Part shown: positions 1-8,082 of the stretch, in pieces | Layout: each line of letters opens with the position of its first letter | Numbering within the stretch: position 1 is the first letter of the stretch | NCBI GenBank assembly: GCA_041484665.1 | Contig: JBGPIA010000002.1 | Span: forward strand, 1-64,000 | Reading direction: 5' to 3' | DNA length: 64,000 bases | Source of the DNA: Candidatus Krumholzibacteriia bacterium | GTDB taxonomy: Bacteria; Krumholzibacteriota; Krumholzibacteriia; JAJRXK01 | Translations under genes and position numbers: made by a program | Notes under the pieces: model-generated | Told to the model about the DNA's origin: nothing | The model's database searches: none | Seen by the model: only the letters and a program-made list of their open reading frames with translations

Positions 1-1046
1 ATCGGGTAGCCCATCCACCCGAAGATGTCGATGTTGTCCCAGCCTTCCTTGTTGTCACCACGGGGCGGGTAGTAGTTGATGCGCACCTTGTGGTAGAGGT
101 TCTGGTAGAGGTCCGGGTACTCGGCGGGCTGCAGGATGGTCTCGAGCACTCCGAGCTTGCTGACCTCCTTGCTCTTGAAGCTCTCCGGATCGTCGAGCAC
201 CTCGCCATCGCGGTTGCCCAGGATGTTGGTGCTGAACCAGCCGCTCATGCCCAGCAGGCGCGCCTTGAACCCGGGCGCCAGGATGGTCTTGAGCAGCGTC
301 TGGCCGGTCTTGAAGTCCTTGCCGCAGATGGGCACGCGCTGCTCCATGGCCAGCTCGATCAAGGCCGGGACGTCCACGGTGAGATTGGGCGCGCCGTTGG
401 CGTAGGGGACCGCTTTGCGCAGCGCGGCGTAGGCGTAGATCTGGCTGGGCGCGATGGCCGGGTCGCTGCGCTTGAGCCCCGCCTCGAACGCTTGCAGGCT
501 GCGGTGGGGTTCTCCGAGCTCGCGGTAAGCTTCCGTGCTGCCGCACCACACCATGACCACGCGGTCGCAGCGGTTCTCCGCCTTGAAGCGGTCGATGTCC
601 TCCATCAGCTGCTGCGCCAGATCCCACTTGCTCGCGCCATTCTTGACGTTGGGGCCGTCGAGCTTCTTGACGTAGGTTTGGTCGAAGACGGCGGGCATCG
701 GGCGCAGGGCCTCGAGCTCGTCGCGCACGGGAAGCAGGTGCCGCTCCTCGAGGACGCCAGCCTTGAGGGCGGCCTGGTAGGCGTTGTCTGGGATGGGATC
801 CCAGCCGCCGAACACCAGCGCATCGAGGTCGGCCAAAGGGACGAACTCCTTGACGAGCGGGTTGCGCTTCTCGGTGCGCTTGCCCAGGCGGATGTGCCCC
901 ATCTGGGTGAGCGAACCGATGGGCTTGGCCAGCCCCTTGCGCACGGAGAACACACCGGCATAGGTCGTGGTGGCCACGGCACCCATGCCCGGCGTGAGCA
1001 CACCCAGACGGCCCTTGGCCGGGCGGATCGCGATCGTCTTGCCCAC
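1..1046 (-). CDS. ino1: myo-inositol-1-phosphate synthase (3' end runs off window)
   Basis: Translated by hand because it is absent from the ORF track. GTG at 1046 follows AGGAGG. Reads VGKTIAIRPAKGRLGVLTPGMGAVATT...GGWD...GKDFKTGQT...WFSTNILGNRDG...YYPPRGDNKEGWDNIDIFGW, which are the MIPS signature motifs. Confidence 0.95.
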   Translation of the reverse strand, partial: MGKTIAIRPAKGRLGVLTPGMGAVATTTYAGVFSVRKGLAKPIGSLTQMGHIRLGKRTEKRNPLVKEFVPLADLDALVFGGWDPIPDNAYQAALKAGVLEERHLLPVRDELEALRPMPAVFDQTYVKKLDGPNVKNGASKWDLAQQLMEDIDRFKAENRCDRVVMVWCGSTEAYRELGEPHRSLQAFEAGLKRSDPAIAPSQIYAYAALRKAVPYANGAPNLTVDVPALIELAMEQRVPICGKDFKTGQTLLKTILAPGFKARLLGMSGWFSTNILGNRDGEVLDDPESFKSKEVSKLGVLETILQPAEYPDLYQNLYHKVRINYYPPRGDNKEGWDNIDIFGWMGYP

Positions 1047-1061
1047 CGAAGCCTCCTTCTC

Positions 1062-1187
1062 GCTGCGAACGTCGTTGCGGTCGGCGCGGACGTCATGGGG
1101 GTCGCTGCAGAAGTCGTCGCGGCCGCTGCGCAGGTGATTGCGGCCTCGCCGCAGGTTGTTGCGGCCGCTGCGCGGGTGCTTGCCACG
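1062..1187. repeat. Degenerate tandem repeat, 6 x 21 bp
   Basis: Units: gctgcgaacgtcgttgcggtc / ggcgcggacgtcatgggggtc / gctgcagaagtcgtcgcggcc / gctgcgcaggtgattgcggcc / tcgccgcaggttgttgcggcc / gctgcgcgggtgcttgccacg. Confidence 0.75.
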
Positions 1188-1267
1188 GCGCCCGGCGGAC
1201 CCCCCCGCGCGACGCTCCCCAAGACCCGCACAGGCTAGCGCCTGGACGGACGCATCGACGAATCGAT

Positions 1268-1298
1268 TTATCGTTGTTCTACGATAAGAATTACTTAT
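1268..1298. promoter_or_regulatory. Putative LysR-type operator between divergent ino1 and LysR gene
   Basis: AT-rich island containing ATAAG-N5-CTTAT (1284-1298, a T-N11-A box), overlapped by the inverted repeat TTATCGT-N6-ACGATAA (1268-1287). Confidence 0.6.
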
Positions 1299-1424
1299 AG
1301 TTCTCGCGCCCCGCCCACGTGGTCCGCCGGGCGTGCCGGCGCACAGCTGCCGCGTTGCCGCCCCGTCTGGCGGCGCGCCTCTGCGCACGGACGTGGCCGC
1401 GGTTCTGGCGGGGAAGGAGACGCC

Positions 1425-2327
1425 ATGCCCACCGCGCCGTTGAACGTCCACTTCCAGCAGCTCGCCTACCTGCGCGAGGTGGATCGCTGCGCAACCTTCA
1501 CGGAGGCCGCGCGCCGCCTCCACGTCAGCCAGCCGGCGCTCTCACAATCGCTCACCGAGCTGGAGCGACGCCTGGACGTGGCGCTCTTCGAGCGCAGCGG
1601 CCGGCTCCGCCTGCTCACCGCGGAGGGCCGCGAGGTGGCCGGGTTCGCGCGCGCTGTGCTGGCCCAGGCCGCCGATCTGAGCCGGGAGCTCGACGCCCGC
1701 AAGCGTGGCGAAGGGGGGATCCTGCGCGTCGGCATGATCGACGCGGCAACGCTGTACATTCTTCCGGGAGCCGTGCGCTCCTTCCGTGCCGCTCACCCGC
1801 AGGTCGGTCTGCACCTGGAGGTGGCCAGCAGCACGGCACTGCTGGCCAAGCTACGACAGTTCGAGCTGGATCTTGCCTTCATCGTTGGCCCGGTGGACGA
1901 TCGCACCCTGCACGCCTGGGACGTTCGGCGCGAGCCCCTCTATCTCTATGCCCCGTCCGGCGACCGGCGGGCGCCCCAAGATGCGGAGTGGGCGCTGTAC
2001 CCGGCGGGCAGCCAGACGCGCGCGCTGATCGACGCCGCCCTCGCCCGGCTGCGGGTCTCCCCGCGCGTCCTGCTCGAAAGTGGCAACCCGCAGGTGCTGC
2101 GGCAGATCGTGGCGCTTGGGCTGGGCTGGAGCGTCCTGCCCCGCGCGGTCGGGGAGGCGGGGCCAAGGCCGTTGCGCCCGTGGCGGCCGCGGCCGATCGC
2201 CCAGCGCGCCCTCCTGGGTGTGCGGCGCCGGGGCGCTCCTGAAGATCCACGTGCCGATCGCTTCCTGGCCCTCGCATTGCAGGGAGAGCGAGCAGCCCCA
2301 GCGGCGGCGAGGCGGCCGGGCGCGTGA
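1425..2327 (+). CDS. LysR family transcriptional regulator
   Basis: N-terminal HTH FTEAARRLHVSQPALSQSLTELERRLDVALFER followed by a substrate-binding domain. AAGGAG RBS. Confidence 0.95.
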   Translation: MPTAPLNVHFQQLAYLREVDRCATFTEAARRLHVSQPALSQSLTELERRLDVALFERSGRLRLLTAEGREVAGFARAVLAQAADLSRELDARKRGEGGILRVGMIDAATLYILPGAVRSFRAAHPQVGLHLEVASSTALLAKLRQFELDLAFIVGPVDDRTLHAWDVRREPLYLYAPSGDRRAPQDAEWALYPAGSQTRALIDAALARLRVSPRVLLESGNPQVLRQIVALGLGWSVLPRAVGEAGPRPLRPWRPRPIAQRALLGVRRRGAPEDPRADRFLALALQGERAAPAAARRPGA

Positions 2328-2474
2328 GCGGAATGGCCTCACGCCCAGGGTCGAGGCGCGAGCGCTCGGGCGAGACCCGGGTACGCGGGCGGAAGGCGGC
2401 GCCGTACCGGCACAGCGGCCGAGCGCCACGGCGCAGGCGCACGATGACCCGCCGCGGCGGGTGACGGAGACGCG

Positions 2475-3554
2475 ATGGACGCGATGGCCCTGAGCTCCCC
2501 GAGGCGTTCGCGCTGCGCGCAGCCGGCGCTCCGCGAGCGCCGGGCGCGGCTGCTCAGCTGTCGCGCCGTGGCCGTTGGGCTGGCGGCTGCGGTGCTGGTG
2601 GGCGCCGGGGCCGCGCCCGCGCAGGGGCGCGCGGCGCTGTGGGTGCCGCTGCCCGACTCGTCGGCCGTCGGCAGCGCCACCACGCCGCCATCGCTGCTGG
2701 CTCTGCGCACGGCGTATCGCAGCGATCGTTCAGTGCCCCCGGCGTTGCCAGCGCCGCGCATGCGTCCGGGCACGGCCGGCCAGATCGCGAGCGCCGCAGC
2801 CTACGGGCTCACCTACGGGATCGCCACCAAGGTCGGCAGCCGTCTGGGCCTGCGCGGCGACTTCAAAGTCGTCCGGCTCGAGACCGCGTACCTGTTCGAT
2901 GTCGTCGGCCACGCCTACGTCGTCCGCGAGGCGGGCACGACGCTGGCCGCGATCACGCGAGCCTGCGGGTATCCTGCCGACGTCAGCCGCACCGCGGGGG
3001 TGTGGTGGGGCGCGTTCGGCTCGGAGATGTACATGGAGGCCATCAACGGCTTCATGCCGGGGGTTCGCTTCGATCCGCTGGACCCGGTCGGAAACTTCAT
3101 CGGCGCCTGGCTGGCCACGTCGGGCCGCGATCTTGCGTCGCGCCACGCCTTCCTCTCCCGCTGGACGCTGGAGTACGGGTACCGCTCGTGGAGCCGCATG
3201 CTGGGACCCGCCCGGGACACCGCCTCGCTGGGCAACGTGTGGCACGATTACCCGAACTCCCGCTTCGGGCTGTGCTTCGGCGTGGGACCGCTGCGCAGGC
3301 CATGGGTTTCGCTGGTCGGCAGCTACGAGATCACGAGTCTGAAGCTCGCCGACCTCAAGAACCGGCTCGGCATCGGCCTCGAGCTGCATCCCTTCGAATG
3401 GGCCGCGCCGGCAATCGAGCGGCTGCCCGGCGGCGCCACGCTCCTGGCGGTCGAGCGCTGGCTCGACCACCATCTGCTGCTGCCGGGGCTCTATTTCGAG
3501 CTCGCCCACCTGGACCTGGGGCCGTTCTCCAATCGCGAGCCATTCCAGGAATAG
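2475..3554 (+). CDS. Secreted/membrane protein, DUF2279 (YfiM)-like
   Basis: Signal-like N-terminus. Motifs DVVGHAY, EAINGF...FDPLDPVGNFIG and HDY resemble DUF2279. Start uncertain. Confidence 0.55.
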   Translation: MDAMALSSPRRSRCAQPALRERRARLLSCRAVAVGLAAAVLVGAGAAPAQGRAALWVPLPDSSAVGSATTPPSLLALRTAYRSDRSVPPALPAPRMRPGTAGQIASAAAYGLTYGIATKVGSRLGLRGDFKVVRLETAYLFDVVGHAYVVREAGTTLAAITRACGYPADVSRTAGVWWGAFGSEMYMEAINGFMPGVRFDPLDPVGNFIGAWLATSGRDLASRHAFLSRWTLEYGYRSWSRMLGPARDTASLGNVWHDYPNSRFGLCFGVGPLRRPWVSLVGSYEITSLKLADLKNRLGIGLELHPFEWAAPAIERLPGGATLLAVERWLDHHLLLPGLYFELAHLDLGPFSNREPFQE

Positions 3555-3681
3555 CGCGGGCCCGGCGCGGTACCGCAGGCGCACGCTCACCCGCAGCGCT
3601 CCACGCGGCCGCGCGGGATGTCGCCGCCGCGCCGGCTCGACGTTGCCCCGCTGGCCTTGGTGACCTACCCTTGGCGCCGCG

Positions 3682-4125
3682 ATGTTCCTGGGCAAGATCG
3701 GGTGGCTCTCGCTGGCGAGCATGGCCTGCGCGCAGCTGCTCAAGCCTGCCCTGGGCGGACGCACGCCCGATGGCCGCCGCCTGCGGCGCATCTTCGACAC
3801 CGGCGGGATGCCCAGCAGCCATACCGCCCTGGTGACCACGCTCACTCTCTGCATCCTGGAGCTGGAGGGAAGCGACTCCGCGCTGTTCAGCATTGCGTGG
3901 ATCTTCAGCCTGTATTTCGTCTTCGAGGCGACCGGGCTGCGCCAGGAGGTCGGGCAGCAGGCCCGTGTGCTCAACCAGCTGCTCGAGGAGCTCTCGCATA
4001 CCCACCATGTGGATCGCAGCCGACTCAAAGAGCTGGTGGGCCACACCTGGCAGGAGGTCCTGGCAGGGGCGGGTCTGGGGACGCTGGTGTACCTGCTCGG
4101 CCTGCCGTGGCTGCGCCGCCTCTGA
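3682..4125 (+). CDS. Divergent PAP2 family membrane protein (DUF212/YuiD-like)
   Basis: TGGMPSSHTALV, EATGLRQEVGQQARVLN, LKELVGHT..EV..G. Confidence 0.92.
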   Translation: MFLGKIGWLSLASMACAQLLKPALGGRTPDGRRLRRIFDTGGMPSSHTALVTTLTLCILELEGSDSALFSIAWIFSLYFVFEATGLRQEVGQQARVLNQLLEELSHTHHVDRSRLKELVGHTWQEVLAGAGLGTLVYLLGLPWLRRL

Positions 4126-4336
4126 GGCGGTCGCTCCACTTTTTCCTTGACAGCGCCCGACGCGGGATGGATACAGACCTCAATCGAGGCTTCCGTGGGC
4201 TCGCCGCGTCGCCCGGAGTCTCCTGCCCCTCCGCGCCGCCCCGGATGGATGGCAGACCCTGCCATCGGGCCAGTGCGTCACAGCGTTCGCACCGCAGCGT
4301 GCTCCCTTAGTTGTGTCCTGCCTGGAGGGAGACACG

Positions 4337-5428
4337 ATGCGGATCCTATCCGTCGCGAACCAGAAGGGCGGATGCGGGAAGACGACCGTGGCCGTCAACC
4401 TCGCCTCGGCGCTGGCCCAGAGCGAGCTGCACGTGCTGCTGATCGACAACGACCCGCAGGGCCACGCCACGACGGCGCTGGGCTTCGGCCGCTCCGACTT
4501 CAGTCTCGCAACGCGGGACCTCTACCTCACCAGTGATGTGAAGGTGGAGGATGCGCGGCTGGCGCTGGGCGACACCCTGCACCTCGTCCCCACCGACGTC
4601 GATCTCAGCACCGTGGAGCAGCAGCTCGCAGGGCAGAGGCGGCGCACACAACGGCTGGCCGACCGGTTGGCCGCATCCGACATGCCCTACGACTACGTGC
4701 TGATCGACAACCCGCCCCAGATCGGTCTGCTCACCTTCAACGCGCTCATGGCCAGCAGCGAGGCGATCGTCCCGGTGGACGCGGGCCGGTTCTCCGTGGA
4801 CGCGGTCGGACGCTTCGCCCAAACGCTGGAGATGCTGCGGCAGGAACGCGGTCACCGCGTGCACATGCACGTGTTGCTCAGCAACTTCGACCTGCGTACG
4901 CGTTTCGCCCGAGCGATCCTCGAGGAGCTCGACCGCAATCTCCCGGGGACGCGGCTGGAGGCGCTGATCCACCCGACGGTGCGCCTGCGCGAGGCGGCGG
5001 CGGCGGGCAAGCCCGTTGATCGCGTGGATGGCCAAAGCCGCGCTGCGATCGATTTCGCGCTGCTGGCCATCGAACTCCAGACCATCGAGCCGCCCGCGGA
5101 TCTGAGCGTCCCGCTGGACTGGGCGGAAGCGCTCCAGAGCGGCCGGCACGGCCGCGACGGAGTGCGCTTCGTGGCGCGCTTCCCGGAGGCGGACCACGTC
5201 TCTCTCACCGGCGATTTCAACGACTGGTCGGTGGAAGGCGAGCCCATGGAGCGGCAGGAGGACGGCACCTGGGCGATCACGCTGCCCGTCGGCCCGGGGT
5301 GCTACGAGTACAAGTTCATCGTCGATGGCGTCTGGAAAGTCGACCCGGCCAATCCGGAGCGCGCGAAGAACGCCTTCGGCGACGTGAACTCGGTGCTCGT
5401 GGTGCCGCCGGCGGGCGCTCTCGGATGA
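4337..5428 (+). CDS. ParA/Soj family ATPase fused to C-terminal glycogen-binding (CBM48/AMPK1_CBM) domain
   Basis: ATG 4337 after GGAGG. ATPase motifs ANQKGGCGKTT, DNDPQG and YVLIDNPP. C-terminus VSLTGDFNDW...GTW...PGCYEYKFIVDGVW.VDP.NP...NAFG.VNSV. Confidence 0.92.
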   Translation: MRILSVANQKGGCGKTTVAVNLASALAQSELHVLLIDNDPQGHATTALGFGRSDFSLATRDLYLTSDVKVEDARLALGDTLHLVPTDVDLSTVEQQLAGQRRRTQRLADRLAASDMPYDYVLIDNPPQIGLLTFNALMASSEAIVPVDAGRFSVDAVGRFAQTLEMLRQERGHRVHMHVLLSNFDLRTRFARAILEELDRNLPGTRLEALIHPTVRLREAAAAGKPVDRVDGQSRAAIDFALLAIELQTIEPPADLSVPLDWAEALQSGRHGRDGVRFVARFPEADHVSLTGDFNDWSVEGEPMERQEDGTWAITLPVGPGCYEYKFIVDGVWKVDPANPERAKNAFGDVNSVLVVPPAGALG

Positions 5429-6153
5429 GCGGCCGTTCCGGCCGCCCGCGCCGCGCCGCACAGCGGGTTTCTGCTCCCAGCGCGCGCTCGGCGGGGGCCG
5501 GCCTTGCCCCACCCCCTGTCGGGGCGGCGCTGCACCGGGTGGCGGAGGTCTATCTCGACGCACCCGCGGACACTCCGCTCGTGCTCGCGCTGGCCGCTTC
5601 GGCCGATACCCCGCAGCTTGCCCAGCTCGAGCGCGCGATCGTGCGGGCCGCGCGGCGGCTGGGGATCGAGCTTCCGCCGGAGCTGCCGTCCGGCCGCGCG
5701 ACACGGCCCGTGCGCGCCGCAGCGCCGGCAGACCCACCCGCGGTCGCGCCTGCACCGCGCGCCCGGCTGCTGAACGCAGGGGTCGTGGACGAGCGCCGCC
5801 TGGACCGCCTGGCGCCGCCGGGCGGCGACGGGCCGGATCTGCTGCTGTGGCTGTTGCCTCTGCGGGCGCAGGTGTCCCTGCGCGCACTCTATCTGCTGTG
5901 CACCTGGGTCTGGGCGAGCGCGCCGCGTTACGTGCGGTGCCTGTTGCCGGGTCCGCCTGGACGGCGCGAGGCGGCGCGGGCGGCGGTGGAGGGCGCGTTG
6001 CGCGCCGCCTGCCTGCCGTACCGAGCAGAGGTCCTGCCGCTGCCCGCGGTCGGGGACGCGGCGACTCTGGACGCCCTGGCCGCCCAGCTGCTGCGCAGCG
6101 CGCTGGCGGCGCCGCGGCACGCGACGCGCGCAGTCGCGGGGGCGATGGGCTAG
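5425..6153 (+). CDS. Hypothetical protein, translationally coupled to ParA-CBM gene
   Basis: ATGA overlap with the upstream stop. The ORF fills the gap to the next gene and has an alpha/beta-like hydrophobic pattern. Confidence 0.65.
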   Translation: MSGRSGRPRRAAQRVSAPSARSAGAGLAPPPVGAALHRVAEVYLDAPADTPLVLALAASADTPQLAQLERAIVRAARRLGIELPPELPSGRATRPVRAAAPADPPAVAPAPRARLLNAGVVDERRLDRLAPPGGDGPDLLLWLLPLRAQVSLRALYLLCTWVWASAPRYVRCLLPGPPGRREAARAAVEGALRAACLPYRAEVLPLPAVGDAATLDALAAQLLRSALAAPRHATRAVAGAMG

Positions 6154-6225
6154 CCCCCGGCGCACCAGATCCTCCTTGGCCCGGGCCGGGGTGCGTGGTA
6201 CAAGTACCGGGGCCGCATCTCGTCC

Positions 6226-8070
6226 ATGATCTCCGCTCCCCTCGCACCCTACCTGGCCTTCGTCCGGCGCCACCGCTGGACGTATCTCGCGGCCCTGCTG
6301 GCCGCTGTCGTAGGCACCGCCTACTACTTGGTTGTTACGCCCCGGCGCTACACCGCCAGCTCGACCACGATCGTCCCCTACCGCGAGGTGGAGGTCGACC
6401 TGCGGATGGGGCAGGGGCGCGCCTTCCCGGTCCAGTACTCGTTCGTGGTGAACAACCACCTTGAGGTCGCCCGCAGCAGCGCCGTGCACGAGGAGCTGCT
6501 GGCCATGCTCCGGCGCGATGCCGTCCCGCTGTTGGACGCGGTGGTGCGCGACGCGGCGCGTAAGCGCGGCGAGGCGGCCATCGTGCTGGCGTTGGCCGGT
6601 CGCCTGCGCGTGGCCTCCCGCAATGAGACCGGCGTACTGCGCATCGATGCCACCGCTCCCACCGGCGAGGGCGCTGCGCAGCTGGCCAACATGGCCATGG
6701 ATGCCTACGCCGCGGTGCAGCAGCGGGTCAATCAGCGAGCGACGCGGGAGTGGCAATCCTATCTGCAGCAGGAGGAGGCGCGCTGGTCGGCCGAGCTCAA
6801 GGATCGCGAGGACAAACTGGAGCATTTCCGGCAGCAGGAGACGGTCTCCAGCCTGATCGAAGAGACGCGCCTGCTGCTGGAGCAGATCCTGCGGCTGGAG
6901 GCCGAGTCCGTGTCGGTGCGCGGCGAGCGGGCGAGCTTCGCGGCTCGCCGCGAGGAGCGCCTGCGGCAGCTCGGGGCACTGCGCGAGCGCGTCCAGGCCG
7001 AGCTCGCGGACAGCTCGCCGCTCTTGGTCGCCGAGCTGCGCGAGCAGATCGCCCACGATCAGAACTGGTACGACTACCTGCTTGCCAGCGGCGCCGACTC
7101 GACCGGCGCCGAGCTGAGGGAACTGCGCCAGCGCATCGGCGAGGTCAATCGCACGCTGGCCGAGCAGAGCGAGCAGCTCGCGCAGCGCCAGACCCTGGGC
7201 GAGGAGCCCCTGGTGTTGGCCGGGAGCCTGCTCGCGACGGTGCGCGACATCGAGGTCGACGTGACGGCGCGCGACGCGCGGCTGCAGGCGCTGCGCCAGG
7301 GCACCGCGGCGCTGCGCGAGCGTCTCGACCGCCTGCCGGCCCTCGGCCGGGTGCAGACGGGGCTGCAACGCGAGCAGGATCTGGTGGAGGACATCTACCG
7401 CACCGTGCACGCTCGCCTGCTGGAGGCCAACGTCGAGCTGCAGCGCGGCGAGGGTCGGCTGCAGGCCGTCAATCCCGCGCAACCGCCGCGCGGCCCCTCG
7501 GCGCCAATCCCCGTGCTGGCGGCGATCAGCGCGCTGCTCCTGGCGGCGATCGGCGGGACTGCAGTGGGGTCGCTGATGGAGGCGCTCGACCAGAGCCTGC
7601 GCGACGCCGAGGAGGCGGCGCTGCTTGCGGGCGCTCCCGCGCTCTGCCGCCCGCGCGAGGCCGGCGCAGGTCAGGTTGGCGCGGACACGGCGGCCGCCCT
7701 CACGCTCGCGCACACGCTACGCGGCGGCGGGTCGGGATGGCTGCTCTGGGCCGGGGGGCGCGCCGATCCGGATCTGGCGCAGCGTGTGGCAGAGCGGCTG
7801 GCGCGCTTGGGGCTGGCGGCGCACGCGCAGGGCCAAGCAGCGCTGGGGCAGGCCTTGGCACCGCCACTGCACGCGGGCATCCAGGTCGTGAGCGCGGACC
7901 TGGAGGAGTTCCTGACGGTGCAAGGCGCGAGGCTGGGCGAGGGCGCCGCTGCACCGACCGTCGTTCTGCTGGTGGCCCGCGTGGGGCGCACGCGGCGCGC
8001 GGCCTTGTACGAGGCGGCGTCGCTCTTGCGCGGCGCCGGAGTGACGGTGGCGGGCGTGCTGGTGCTCTAG
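6226..8070 (+). CDS. Polysaccharide co-polymerase / chain-length determinant (Wzc/GumC-like) with degenerate kinase domain
   Basis: N-terminal TM with TPRRYTA, a long coiled coil, NPAQPP..PS.P before a second TM, and a C-terminal VLLVARVGRTRR...L..AG..VAGVL. No Walker A and no Tyr cluster. Confidence 0.85.
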   Translation: MISAPLAPYLAFVRRHRWTYLAALLAAVVGTAYYLVVTPRRYTASSTTIVPYREVEVDLRMGQGRAFPVQYSFVVNNHLEVARSSAVHEELLAMLRRDAVPLLDAVVRDAARKRGEAAIVLALAGRLRVASRNETGVLRIDATAPTGEGAAQLANMAMDAYAAVQQRVNQRATREWQSYLQQEEARWSAELKDREDKLEHFRQQETVSSLIEETRLLLEQILRLEAESVSVRGERASFAARREERLRQLGALRERVQAELADSSPLLVAELREQIAHDQNWYDYLLASGADSTGAELRELRQRIGEVNRTLAEQSEQLAQRQTLGEEPLVLAGSLLATVRDIEVDVTARDARLQALRQGTAALRERLDRLPALGRVQTGLQREQDLVEDIYRTVHARLLEANVELQRGEGRLQAVNPAQPPRGPSAPIPVLAAISALLLAAIGGTAVGSLMEALDQSLRDAEEAALLAGAPALCRPREAGAGQVGADTAAALTLAHTLRGGGSGWLLWAGGRADPDLAQRVAERLARLGLAAHAQGQAALGQALAPPLHAGIQVVSADLEEFLTVQGARLGEGAAAPTVVLLVARVGRTRRAALYEAASLLRGAGVTVAGVLVL

Positions 8071-8082
8071 GCGGAGGGCGCC

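Noticed and set aside
1062..1187. Possible CRISPR array
   Set aside because: Contiguous degenerate 21-bp units with no unique spacers and no cas genes.
4337..5428. Chromosomal soj/parA or BMC-positioning McdA
   Set aside because: No parB, parS or origin genes are nearby, it carries an extra CBM domain, and it lies ~47 kb from the BMC operon.
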